Of a stretch of 64,000 bases of DNA, positions 50,156-63,291 are shown in pieces (the first letter of the stretch is position 1; every line of letters starts with the position of its first letter). The stretch is from Mobula hypostoma. Lineage: Eukaryota. The stretch is from assembly GCF_963921235.1 (NCBI RefSeq), contig NC_086109.1, forward strand, positions 19,346,001 to 19,410,000, written 5' to 3'. The position numbers and the translations under genes are program-made. Below the pieces are notes generated by a model that was given only the letters and a program-made list of their open reading frames with translations, had not been told where the DNA came from and ran no database searches.

Positions 50156-53100
50156 GTAACTATTTCACAAGTCTGACCATGAGCTGGTTCATTTTGGCAT
50201 GGGAATACAGTTCGCTAGAAGTCTAGATCTTTTATCTGTGCCTCTAGAAACCAAATGTTGTCTACCAGCCTTAGGCAGAATTCCACCACAGAAACAAGCC
50301 ACTCAGTCCCACAAGCTTGTGCTGACGTCCATATTCTAAACGAGCCAACTCTCATCCAAAACCATCTCATCGTATCAATATATCATTCTAATACTCTCAT
50401 ACAGTCCTATCACTAATTCATTAATCCGTTGATAAATTTATACACTTTTTCTTACACATCTGTTTTCCAACCTCTAACTTTATTTTTTATATAATGATTT
50501 ATTCTTTACAATAAGACCATAAGACATAGGAGTAGAATTTATACATTTGGCCCATTGAGTCCTGGCAGATTTATTATCTCTCTCAACCCCATTCTCCTGC
50601 CTTCTCCCTGTAACTTTCCTATGCCCTGACTGATCAAGAACCTATCAACCTCTGCTTAAAATATACTCAATGACGTAACCTCCACAGCCATCTGTGGCAA
50701 TCAATTCCACAGATTCACTACTTTTTGGCTAAAGAAAGTTCTCCTCATCTCTGTTCTAAAGGGATGTCTTTCTGTTCTACAGTTGTGCCCTTTGGTTCTA
50801 GATTCACCCACTATAGCAAACATCCTTTCCACTTCCACTCTATGTAGACCTTTCAATATTCGACGTTTCAATGAGATCCCTCCCTCATTCTTCTAAACTC
50901 CATTGGGTGCAGGCCTAGAGCCATCAAACACTGCTCTTATGTTAACCCTTTTATTCCCAGATACATTCATGTGGACATTCTCTGAACCTTCCCCAATGCC
51001 TGCACATCTTTTCTTGGATAAGGATCCCAAAACTGCTCACAATACTCCAAGTGCAGTCTGTCCAATGCCTTAATAAGCCTCAGCACTACATCCTTGCTTT
51101 TATATTTTAGTCCTCTCGAAATGAGTGCTGAAATTGCATTTGCCTTTCTTACCACCTGAAAGTTAACCATTAAGGACTCCTGAACAAGGATTCCCAAGTC
51201 CCTACGCACTACTAATTTCTGTATTTTCTCCCCATTTTCAAAATAGTCTATGTCTTTATTCCTTCTACCGAAGTACATAACCATACAGTTCACTACACTA
51301 AAATCTTCGAAGGGTTCCGGCCTGAAACGTCGACCGATCTTTTCCACTGCTGCTGCCCAACCTGTTGAGTTCCTCCAGCGTGTTGTGAGTGTTGCTTTGA
51401 CCCCAGCATCTGCAGATTATTTTGTGTCCTACTTTATCATTTGCCTGCAAGTACCCCAAAACTTCATCCTTAATAACGGACTCCAAAATCTTCCCAACCA
51501 CTGAAGTCAGCCTAACTGATGTATAATTTCCTTCCTTCTGCCTCCCTCCATTCTCAAAGAGTGGAGTGACATTTGCAGTTTTCCAGGTCTCTGGAACCAT
51601 TCCAGAACCTAGTGACTTGTGATAAATCATTACTATCACAAGTGTCACAGTCTTAAATCCTTGGAGACGAAGATTTAAGACCAGCCTCCTCAGTGTCTTC
51701 AGCTACCTCTTTCAGAACCCTGGGGTGTAGTCCATCTGGTCCAGGTGACTTTCCTACCTTCAGACTTTTCAGTTTTCCAAGTATATTCTCCTTAGTAATT
51801 GAAACTACACTCACTTCTGCCTCTGACATTCTCGAATTTCTGGCATACAGCTAGTATCTTCCACAGTGAGGACTGACAAAAAATATTTATTGAGTTCATC
51901 TGCCATTTCTTTGCAATCTATTATTACCTCTCCAGTGTCATTTTCCAGTGGTCCGATATCCACTCATGCCTTTCTTGTACCTATTCTTTATATATCAGAA
52001 AATTCTTTTGGATATCCTTTTTTATACTGTTGGATAGCTTACCATCGTATTTAATTTTTTTCACTCCTTATGGCTTTTTAGTTGCTTTCTGTTGGTATTT
52101 AAAAGCTTCCCAATCCACTAACTTCCTACTCATTTTTGCTATATTATGTGCCTTATCTTTTGATTTTATGCTGTCTTTGACTTCGCTTGTCAGGCACTGT
52201 TGCCTCATTCGCCCTTAGATATACTTCTTCATCTTGAGCTGTATCTATCCTGCATCCTCTGAATTGTCTCAGAAAATCCAGCCACTGCTGCTCTGCTGTA
52301 ATCCGTGATGATGCCCCTTTCCAATCACCTTTGGTCAGCCTCTCTCATGTCTCTGTAATTCCCTTTTATCCACTGTAATACTGATACATCTGACTTCATC
52401 TTCTCCCTCCTACACTGCAGGATGAATTCTGTCACATTATGACCACAGCCTCCCAAGGGTTTCTTTTCCCTTAGCTCCCTAATCAAATTTGGTGTATTAC
52501 ACAACACCTAATCCAGAATTGTCTTTCCACTCGTGGCCTCAACCACAAGCTGTTCTAAATAGCCATCTCATAGTCATTCTACAAAGTCTCTCTCGAGATC
52601 CAGCACCAACATGATTTTCACAACCTACCTGCAAATTGATATTCCCCATGACTATCATAACATTGCCCTTTTTATATGTCTTTCTATTTCTTGTTGTAAT
52701 TTGTGTCCCACTTTCTAGCTGCTCTTTGGAGGGCTGTACATAACTCACATAAGGGTCTTTTTACCCTTACAATTCCGTAACTCTACATATAAGGATACTA
52801 CATCTTCTGATCCTTTGTCATCTCGTTCTAAGGAGTTGATTTAATCTTTTTTTACCAACAGAGCCACCCTACCCCCTTTGCCTACCCACCTGTCCTGTTA
52901 ATACAATGTGTGTACATGGGTGTTAAGCACCCAATTACGATCTTCTGTCAGCCACAACTCAGTCATGCCCACAATGTCATACCTCCCAATCTCTAACTAT
53001 GCTATCATCTACCTTATTCTGTATACTGCGTGCATTCAAATATAACACCTTTAGGACTGTATTGTCACCCTTTTTGATTTCCTCCCCTTGTTACACATCA

Positions 53101-53459
53101 ACTCATCCCACTGACTGCAATTTTGCCCCATCATCTGCATACCCTTCCTAACTACATATTGTATTATCTTCAGTTCCCATTCCCCTGCCACATTTAGTTT
53201 AAACCCTCCCCAACAGCTCTAGCAAACCTGCCCACAATGATTTTGCCCCCTACCACCACCTCAGAGTCAGGTGTAACCCATCCTTTTTGAATAGATCATA
53301 CCTTCCCCAGAAGAGAATCCTATACAGTAATCCGGAAATCTGAAATCCTGCCCCCTGCACCACTTCCTCAGACACTCGTTCATCTATACTATCATCCTAT
53401 TCCTGCTCTGTCCAGCACATGGGAATATTCCAGAGGTTAATACCTTGGGGGTGGGGGTA

Positions 53460-54395
53460 TCCAGAACTAGAGGGCATAGCCACAAAATTGAGGGGCGACC
53501 CTATAGGACAGAAGTAAGGAGGAATTTCTTTTAGCTGGAAATAAGAAAACCTGTGGAATGCTTAGCTACAGACTGTGGTGGAAGCCAAGTTCATGTGTAT
53601 ATTTTGGCGAGAGGAGAGAGAAGCAGCCCTCCGCGCGTGCGCAGCCTTCCGGTGAAAAATGATATCGTATCCGTTAAATAGGGGCCATGGACAATTCTGA
53701 TTTGATGGAGATGGACATGAAAGCACGGAGGAACATCTGGAAAAATTTCTGAAACGCTCATTCGCTGCTGTCGTTACTGCGCGGTCAGGAATCTTTCGGA
53801 GGGTAGGCTTCAAAATCCCCGGCTTTACCTGCTGTTGGCGACCGAGGCGGAGGTCAAATCGTTCAGATAGAGATGGCGCTCAGTACTTGGTGTCGGAGAG
53901 CTGATCAGAGCTCGAAGTTTTCGGATGACTCAGAGTCGGACCGTGGTCAGGTATGGCAGGGAGAGTTTTTCTTCCTTCTCCTGTCTACGTGAGATGTGGG
54001 ACATTTGAGAGACTTTGAACTTTTACTGTGCTCACGGACTTCTTCATCAAGTTATGGTATTGTTGCACTGTTGTAACTATATGTTATAATTATGTGGTTT
54101 TGTTAGTTTTTTTCAGTCTTGGTCTGTCCTGTGTTTTGTGATATCACACCAGAGGAAATATCGTATCATTTCTTAATGCATGCATTACTAAATGACAATA
54201 AAAGAGGACTGTGTGTCTTCATAATCTAATCTAATATCTAAGGCGGAAGGTGGTCATTTCCTGATTGGTCAGGGCATCAAAAGATATGGTGAGAAGGCAG
54301 GTGTATGGGGTTGAGTGGGTTCTGGGATCAGCCATGATGGAATGGCAGAGCAAACTCAATGGGCTGAATGGCCTAATCCTGCTCCTATATCTTGT
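53460..54395 (+). mobile_element. CR1 extreme 3' fragment
   Basis: SRTRGHSHKIEGRPYRTEVRRNFF; gggctgaatggcctaatcctgctcctatatc end. Confidence 0.75.
53605..54235 (+). mobile_element. ~630-bp non-coding retroposon with (TAATC)n tail, copy 2
   Basis: Shares ctgatttgatggaga..ggaggaacatctgg, gaagttttcggatg..actcagagtc and the last ~200 bp with 14886-15513. Confidence 0.75.
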
Positions 54396-55859
54396 GGTTC
54401 CCAAATCCTTACACTGACTGTGTAGGACCTCTTCCCCTTTCCTACCTACATCATTACATCATTGGTTCCTCTGGCTGTTCACCTGTCCTCTTGAGAATAT
54501 TCTGCAGCCACTCTGAGACTTCCTGGCCCCTAGCACCTGGGAGGCAACACGCCACCTTTTTTGCAGCATCAGAATCTCTTGTCTATCCCCCTAACTATCG
54601 AGCTTCCTATCACTATCACTCTGCTAGACTTTACCCTCCTCAGCTGAGCCTCACAGCATCCACAGAGTCACAGACCTGGCTGCAGCTGCTGTACCTTCAA
54701 AGGCCATTCCTTCCAGCAGTATCCAAACGGGTATACTTTTTGCTGAGAGGATTGGCACAGGGCAACTCTGCACTGACTGCTTACTCTCTTTACTTCTCCT
54801 GGTGGTCACCCATCTACTATCTGAAGCTTGCATTCTGGGTATGACAACCTCAGTAAAGAATCATCTACGAAGTTTTCAACCTCCCAGATGGTCCAGAGTA
54901 CATCTAACTCCAGCTCCTTGATCTTTTTACTCAGGAGCTGCAGTCGGATGCACTTGCTGCAGAGAGATTGTCAAGAATTCTGAAATCCCACAACTCATAG
55001 AAGTAACATTCTACTCCCTGAACTGCCATCCTGCCTACGTTTGTTATATCTCAAGCACCTCAAGCTCAACTTCTAAGCTGCGCCTGTTCTCGCCCAAGCT
55101 TGTTGAGCCAAAGCCCGACTACTCTAATACTGGCCCACTCCAACAATGGCCACTCCCACAGTGGCTACTCTGCTTACACTGTTCGAATTAAGTTTTGAAT
55201 GTTGCTGTTTTTTGTTGACCAACACACCATAACAAATTCCTAATACATGTGAATGTAAATGGAGAACTAAGTTCCTTCTTGATCCTTAGTGTTATTCACG
55301 ACATCCGCACTTTGTGATAGTCAGTTCCAGATTCTAACCTCTCATAGAAGTTCCTCTTGAAATGCTTCCTAGTCACTACATTATGGATTAGTACTAGAAA
55401 TCAGCTTGCGCAGGAATTAATGTTAGATTACAAAACATGTACACATTGAAGCAGTCAAAATTGTAATCTTTGGATGTTCAGTTTAAGGCATCTGATAGAC
55501 TACAGTTAGGGAAGCATTATTTTCTGCCTGTCCATGAAATGAGTTGCTTGGGCATGTTTGTGGCTGAGTGTTGATGCAAAAAGCAGGGAGGTTAGTTTTC
55601 AGTGTTATCATACCTCACATTTGTCCTCACAAAAGATTACAAGGTATCTTCCTATAACTAAAAATTAGCTTTTCTACCTCGACCAACAAATATTTTTTTC
55701 CTTTATGGATGATCACTCATCAAAGCAATAGGATAGACAAAACAGATTTGGATCAATATAGATTCTCGCTGCGTCTGCTCAGTAGTTTGTAAATTATAAG
55801 GGAATAATTTAAACAAGAATCAACAAATATAAACATGAAATGCATTCCAGCAAAGGATT

Positions 55860-56100
55860 TTTATTTATTTATTTATCTATTTACTGAGATACAGTGTGGA
55901 ATAGGCCCTTGCAGTCCTTCGAGCCATGTAGCCCAGCAACTCAGATTTAACGCTAGCCTAATCACAGGACAATTTACAATGACCAAGCGGTACACCTTTG
56001 GACTGTGGGAGGAAACCACAGCACCTGGAGGAAACCCACCTGGTCACAAGGAGAACGTACAAACTCCTTACAGACAGCTGCGGGAAATGAATCCGGGTCA
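55860..56100 (-). mobile_element. V-SINE
   Basis: gactgtgggaggaaaccacagcacctggaggaaaccca..gagaacgtacaaactcc. Confidence 0.75.
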
Positions 56101-56659
56101 CTTTTTGGCACTTCAGCCTGAAATTAGCATTGTTGGAAGTGATTATAGATAGCTAAATAATTTCTATCTAAGAATATACTTCGATGAAATTCTTCCCCCT
56201 TCAGAGGATATTGGCTAAGAACACATCTAGATAGAAAGGAGAAAATGTCTATGGTAATAATTCAAACTGGGTCTGGAGAATTGAACCAGAAGATGATTTT
56301 TGGTAAGGCGAATGATGAACTGTTTAACCTAGAAGGCAGCAAAATTTATTTATTATTCCAAATATTTCATGCTTCATTTTCTTTGTAGCTCCTTGGTGTG
56401 TGATGTGCATTCATTCCAAAGTGATTCCATTCACCCTAATAGAAGTGACACTTTCTACTGGTCTGACAAGCAGCCAGAATAAAACTGCAGAAGGTTTTCA
56501 GGTGATTGAGCTTAAAATTGCTCCCCAGACAAGGGGTTATATCTGGCTACTGTTTCTTACTAAATAGTATCATATTTTCTTCAGTAGAACAAATATAAAT
56601 ACAGCCTTTTTTCCCTAAAGATTTCCTTTCCTCTACCCTTCATTCTCCAACAGTAGCCT

Positions 56660-59600
56660 TTGCTGTTCCAGCTTCAGTGGGACCTGGAACAGTGGCCAAA
56701 AAAATGCTTCACGGCCTCTTTTTTTTTGGAGGTTGAACAGCAGACAATCAGAGTTCAGGATGCTTTAGCAGGGTCAAATAAAAATAAGGCGGGGCAAGCA
56801 AAGTGGCCACTGTTGGAGTGGGACAGTGTTAGAGTGGGGAGACTTTTAGCTTTGGCTCACAGTCTTGGGTGATAACAGGCGTGGGTAATGTAAGTACCTG
56901 GTAAGCATTTTCTTGCTCATATTCATCTGTAAGTGTATAGTTAGGGCAGTAAGAATGGTTCCAGAGGCTGTGTTTTGTTCTATGTGTGAGATGTGGGAAT
57001 TCTGGGAGGTCTCCAGCCTCCCAGATAACCACACCTGTACCAGGGGTACCAAGCTGCAGCTTCTCGGAGAGCATGCTAAAGAACTGGTGCTGCAACTTGA
57101 TGACCTTCAGCTCCTAAAAGAAACTGAGGTGGTAGGTGAACTGAAATAGAGAGAACCTACAGGGAGGCGGTCACTCCTAGGCTGCAGGAGGCAGATAACT
57201 GGATGACTGTCAGGGGAGGGAATGGAAATAAGTAGCTGATACAGAGTACCCCTGCGACCGTTCCGCTCAATAACAAGTACACTGTTTTGGATACTGTTGC
57301 GGGGGGCGGGGGCGGAGGGGGTTGGTGGCAGCACATGCCAGGGAGAGCTACAGCAACCAGTTCTCCGATGCTGAGTTTGGCACTGTGGCTCAGAAGGGAA
57401 GGGAGCAGAGGAGGAATGCAGTGTTGATCGGCGATCCCATCACTAGAGGAGTAGACAGGAGGGTCTGTAGACATGACAGAACGTGATGTGTTGGTATGTT
57501 GCCTCTCAGGTGCCAAGGACATGGATGTTTCGGATTGTGTCCACAGCATTCTAAAAGGGGAGGGTGAGCAGCCAGATGTTTTGGTATATATTGGTACCAA
57601 TGACATAGAAAGGAAAAGAGGAGATCCTACAGAGAGAGTTCAGAGAGCTAGGTAGAAAGCTGAGAAGCAGGACTTCCAGGGTAACAAGCTCTGGAGTGTG
57701 CTGCCTGTGCTGTGTGCCTCTGGGGGCAAGAGAGGGATGATTTGCCAGTTGAATGCCTGGCTTAGGGAACTGGTTCAGGGGCCAGGGTTTCAGATTTATG
57801 GATCATTGAGATCTCTTCTGGGGAAAAGGGATGGGCTGCACCTGAACCTGAGGGTGACCAGTATCTTTGTGGGCAGGTTTGCTAGAGCTTTTGGGAAGTG
57901 TTTAAACTAATTTGGCAGGAGGATGGGAACCAGAGTGATGGAGATGTTGGTTTGCAAGCAGAGGTAGGGTGCTGTGAGACTGCCAGGAAGGACAGGCAGA
58001 TGATAGGACAAAATTTTAGTCAGTGGGATGGGTTGCAATGTAAAAGGGGAACAAAGTTGAAAAGGATTACAAATACAAGTCTGAAGGTGTTTTATTCGGA
58101 TTCATGCAGTGTACAGAACAAGGCTGGTGATCCTGCAGCGCAGTTAAAGATTGGCAGGTATGATGTTGTGGGTATCACTGAGTCATCTGAAAGCTGTTTG
58201 TAGCTGGAAGTTCAATATCCAAGGAAACACAACCTATTGAGAGGACAGGCAGATAGATAGAAGAGAAGTGGTTCTGCTGGTAAAACATGAAATCAAATCT
58301 TTAGAAAGAGGTGACATAGGATTGGAAGATATAGAATCCTTGTGGGTAGAGTTAAAAAAAACTACAGGGGTAAGAAGACCCTAATGGAAGTTATCTACAC
58401 GCCTCCGAACAGAAGCCAGGATGTGGTCTACAAATTACAGAGGGAGACAGAAAAAGCATGTCAAAATGCAATCTACATTAGTCATGGGGGATTTCAATAT
58501 GCAGATAGATTGGAAAAATCAAATTGATCCTGGATCTCAAGAGAGAGAAATTGTGGAATGCCTTCTGGATGTCTTTTTGGAGCAGTCTGTGGCTGATCCT
58601 ACTAGACGATCAGCTATTCTGGACTGGGTATTACCTAATGAACTGGATATGATTAGGGAGCTTAAGGTTATGGAACCCTTAGGTAACAGTGATCATAATA
58701 TGATGGACTTCACCCTGCAATTTGAGAGGGAGAAGCTAAAGTCAGATGTATCAGTATTATAGTGGAGTAAAGGAAATTACAGAGACATGATGGTGGAGCT
58801 GGCCAAAGCTGACTGGGAGGGGACGCCAGCAGGGATGACAGCAGAGCCGCTGTCATCATCATGGCTGGAGTTTCTGGGAGCAAACTGGAAGGCATAGGAT
58901 AGATACAACTCAAAGAAGAAAAACTATTCTAAAGGCAGGACGATGCAACTGTGGCTGACAAGGGAAGTCAAAATCAACATGAAGGGAAAAGAGAGGGCAT
59001 ATAATAGAGTGAAATTAATGAGAAGTTAGAGGATTGGGAATGTTTTTGAAACCAACAAAAGGCAACTGAAAAAAAAGCCATAAGGGAGGAAAAGATGAAA
59101 TATGAAGGTAAGCTAACCAGTAATATCAAAAATGATATCAAAAGTTTTTTCAGTTATATAAAAAGTAAAAGAGAGGCGAGAGTAAATATTGGACCACAGG
59201 AGAATGACGATGGAAAGATAATAATCAGGGACAAGGAAATGACAAATGAACTGAATAAGTATTTTGCATCTGTCTTCACTATAGAAGATACTAGCATGCA
59301 GGAAGTTTGAGAATGTCAAGGGGCAGAAGTGAGTGCAGCTGCTATTATTAGTAGAGACATGCTTGGGAAAGATCTGAAGGTAGGTAAGTCATCTGGACCT
59401 GATAGACTACACCCCAGGTTTCTGAAAGATGTAGCTGAAGAGATCGTGGAGTCATTAGTAATGATCCTGCAAGAATCAATAGGGTCTGGCATAGTTCCAG
59501 ACAACTGGAAGATTGCAAATGTCACTTCACTCTTCAAGAAGGGATGGAGGCAGAAAAAGAAAATTATAGGTCAGTTAGCCTGACCTCAGTGATTGGGACA

Positions 59601-60890
59601 ATGTGGAGGCGATTGTTAAGGATGTGGTTTTGGGGTACTTGGAGGCACATAACAAAATATGCCAAAGTCAGCATGGTTGTCTTAAAGGAAAATCTTGCCT
59701 GACCAATCTGTTGGAATTCTTTGAAGAAATAACAAGCAGAATAGACAAAAGAGAGTTGGTGGCTGTTGTGTACTTGGATTTTCAGAAGGTTGCACATGAG
59801 GCTGCAAAACAGACCCTAGGGAATTACAGAATAGATACTAGCATGGGTAAAGTATTGGCTGATTGGTGGGAGGCAAAGAGTGGGATTAAAGGGATTTTTT
59901 TTCGGATTAGCTGCTGGTGACTATTCGTGTTCCACAAGGGCCTGTGTTGGAACCACTTCTTTTTCCCAGTGATTTGGATGATGAAATTGATGGTTTACAG
60001 ATGGATTTGTAGATAGGTGGAAGGGTAGAGTGTTGAAGAAACAGACAGGCTGCAAAATGACTTAGACTGATTAGGGGAATGGGCAAACAGGTAGCACATA
60101 GAATACAGTGTCTAGAAGTGTATGATCATGCACTTTCGTGGAAGGAATAGAAGTATAGACTATTTTGTAAATGGGGAGAAAATTCAAAATTTTAAGGTGC
60201 AAAGGGCTTTGGGAGTCCTTGTGCAGGATTCCCTAAAGATTAATTTGCAGGTTGAATTGGTGTTGAGGAAGGCGAATGCAATGTTAGCATTCATTTTGAG
60301 AGGATTAGAATATAAAAGCAAGGATGTAATGCTGAAACTGTAAAAGGCACGTGTGAGGCTTCACTTGCTGTATTGTGAACAGTTTTGGGCCCCTTATTTC
60401 AGAAGGGATGTGCTATAATTGGAAAGGGTTCAGAGGAGGTTCACGAGAAACTTTCTGGGAATGAAACGGTGAACAGCTCTCGGCCTGTACATGCTGGAAT
60501 TTAGAAGAATGAAGGGGGGATCTCATTGAAACCTGTCGAATGTAGCATGGCCTAGAAGCACTCGATGTGAAGTGGATGCTTCCTTTGATGGCGGAATCTT
60601 GGACTAGGGGACACAGCCTCAAAATAGAGGGACGTCCATTTAGAACAGAGACGAGGAGGAATTTCTTTAGCCAGAGGGTGGTAAATTTGTGGAATTTATT
60701 GCCACAGGTGGCTGTGGAGGCCAGGTCATTGGGTGGATTTAAGGCAAGAGGTTGATAGGTTTTGATTAGTCAGAGTGTGAAAGGTTATGGGGAGAAAGCA
60801 GGAGATTGGTGTTCAAAGGAAAATGGATCAGCCATGATGAAACGGTAGAGTAGACGGGATGGGCCAAATAGCCCAATTCTGCTCCTATGT
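56660..60890 (+). mobile_element. Near full-length decayed CR1 LINE
   Basis: ORF1 CSMCEMWE..HTCTR, CCLSGAKD..VYIGTNDI, DGLHL; ORF2 YDVVGITES, LVMGDFN, LGNSDHNM, YLDFQK, NFFSQRVVNLWN; 3' end gggccaaatagcccaattctgctcctatg. Confidence 0.9.
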
Positions 60891-61154
60891 TGGAATCTGA
60901 AAGGAAAACAGAAATGCTGGGAAAAGAGGCCAGTTAACATTTCAGATCAAGGACTCTTCATTAGCCCTGGTTTGCCTTCTATAGACGCTGCTTGACTGGC
61001 TGATTTCCTAGAGCATTTCTGTTTTAACAATTTTTTTCTGTGTCTCAATCTGTTTCAGTTCCATTGATCTATCTGATGTGGATTTAATGTGATATAGAAT
61101 GATGGAATATTCAGGCATCCATGCTGACTGCAGCCTTTCAGCTGAATCAGGATG

Positions 61155-61640
61155 TCAAAGTTCAAAGCTCAAAATAGATTTGTTATCTAAGTATATATAC
61201 ATAAGCAAACTTAAGATTTATTTTCTTGCAGGCACCCACAGAACAGTTGTGCTGAAAGGAAGAGATGAAGAGGGATGGCCCTGGATTCTACGTAAGTCAA
61301 AGAATTGCTCTTGTTCTTCTGCTCTGTCACCTGGAAATGGGAGTTCTGATACAGAAACCCTCTGGAATTCAGGTTCCACCGTAAATAACCTTGATTCATT
61401 TTCTTGCAGGCACCCACAGGGCAACCAAGAAATGCAATGGAATCCATGAAAACCCAGACATAACAAGGACTGACACAGTGCAAAAGAGGACAAACCGTGA
61501 AAATAATTAAAAAGGAAATCAATAATACATAGAAGATGAGCTGCAGATTCCCCAAAGGTGAGTCCACAGGCTACGGAGGCAGCTCGACGATGAGGCAAGT
61601 GAAGCCAGTCCAGCAGCCTGATAGCTGCAGGGCAGCAACT
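61155..61640 (-). mobile_element. LINE 3' UTR (Rex/Babar-type) interrupted by a 151-bp insert between 27-bp direct repeats
   Basis: Similar to ~25280-25560; repeats at 61215-61241 and 61393-61419. Confidence 0.6.
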
Positions 61641-62039
61641 GCACTCCCTTGACTCCACTGACCCTTACTCAGTTTCTACCAATGTTGCAGAAAGGGCACA
61701 GCTTCCCAGCAGATTTGGATTAAGATTTAGATTTACTTATTCATGAACTTTGAAATGGACAGAGAAATGCGGCGTTCGCACCAACAACCAACACACCAAA
61801 AGTCGAGCCGGGGGCAGCCTGCAGGGGTTGCCACGCATTCTGGCGCCAACGTAACACAGGCATAATGCTCAGCAGGGCAACACAGAGCACAACAAAACCC
61901 AACAACACTTGCAGAATTGCAGGTATCACTTGTATTTATTGTGTTCTTTATGCTGCATCGGATCCAGGAGTAACAAGCATTTTGTTCTCCTTTACACTCC
62001 TGTACTGAAGAATGACAATAAACAATTTTGAATATCTGT

Positions 62040-62215
62040 CCCTCAAACAGCAAGGTTAAACATGGACAATATCACATTTTTATCCATGGGAGCTTGCTGT
62101 GCCTAAATTAGTTTCTACATTTCAAAATGACTCCATTGGCTACACGAGGAATTCTGCAGGTGCCATTGGCTACAAATCATTTGGGACATGCTAAGGTCAT
62201 GAAGGGAACTATAAA
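62040..62215 (+). mobile_element. 3' part of an ancient Deu-type SINE
   Basis: atcacatt..tgggagcttgctgtgcctaaatt..cattggctacaaatcatttgggacatgctaaggtcatgaaggg resembles the SacSINE1/AmnSINE1 tail as I recall it. Confidence 0.5.
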
Positions 62216-62679
62216 AAAAGATTTTCAGAAGATTTTGACATAGCCTCTATGTTTTTGTGAGGAAATGCTTCATGGACTAGCAAGGATTAGTTTTGCCCAG
62301 TTGAGACTCCTATATTAGAAATGGATCTTAGTGATTTGCTGTCCCTCAGTGATCCAGCAGTCGGCAGGAGGATAAGTGCCCTCCGAATTCAACACTCCTT
62401 TAGACAGTGGGTGATCTTGGTATTGTGATGCCCATGCAAGTTAGAAGTGGCAGTGTGCTGGGCATCATGATTTCAGATTTCATATCTATTTATCACATGT
62501 ACATCAAATCCTACAGTGAAAAGCATCATTTGTATTAATTACCAACACACCCAAGTACGTGCTGGGGGCAGCCCACATGTGTCGCCCTCATTCTGCTGCC
62601 AATACACCACAATATTCAGCAGAACAGCAAAACAGCACAGAACAACAAGGCGAAAACAGGAAAACAAGCCCCTTTCCCA

Positions 62680-62725
62680 CCACACATACACACACATACA
62701 CACACACGCACACGCACACGCGCGA
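62680..62725 (+). repeat. (CA)n / (CACG)n microsatellite
   Basis: cacacatacacacacatacacacacacgcacacgcacacgcgcg. Confidence 0.9.
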
Positions 62726-63291
62726 CAGGACAGCCCACCTCTGGGCCTCCAGTCCTTGGCCCCAGATTCTCAGACTGCAGACGTCAGGCCTAGCAAACTC
62801 AACTTTCGGGCCCCTACGTCTAGATGTGTCAACTTCAGTCTTTGAACTTTGGGCTTTCTACCTCCGCACTTTTTGACTTATGGACTTTGAATCTCAGCTT
62901 TGCACTCCAGACTTCACTGACCTCCGGGTATCAACCCCAAGCCCGACAGTTACGAGTTTGATCTTGAGGCCTCAACCCCAGGATTTGCTGATCACCCAGG
63001 TTTGATCTTCAGGTCTCGACTTCCAGACTTGCCCTCATATCAATAATTAGAATATCTCTCTGTCTGAAAATCCATTGTGTCTGCCAATGAGTTGCCTTGT
63101 GAGACAAAACTGAGGCAGCACTAACAAGACTTACTGCATATTTAAGCTGCTTAGAAAACAGTCACTATTTAAACAGTGCATTACTTTCTGTGTAGTTTCT
63201 TAATAAGCAATAAAACTAAGACATTGAAGTTAATCAGTATGTCAGACATCACCTGTGAAAACAAAAAATCAATCAATGTTTCAGAGTTATA

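Larger units (their letters stand above)
50512..55175 (-). mobile_element. Near full-length decayed CR1 (ORF1 ~53200-55000, ORF2 ~50650-53050) with insertions at ~51300-51425 and 53460-54395
   Basis: MVPETWKTANVTPLF, LHLEYCEQFW and IVMGNINL motifs; tail taagaccataagacatag; collinear with the CR1 at 1-9900. Confidence 0.87.

Noticed and set aside
62760..63035. Loosely periodic gact(t/c)-rich stretch considered as a CRISPR-like or structured array
   Set aside because: No constant repeat or spacer length; looks like decayed low-complexity repeat in eukaryotic DNA
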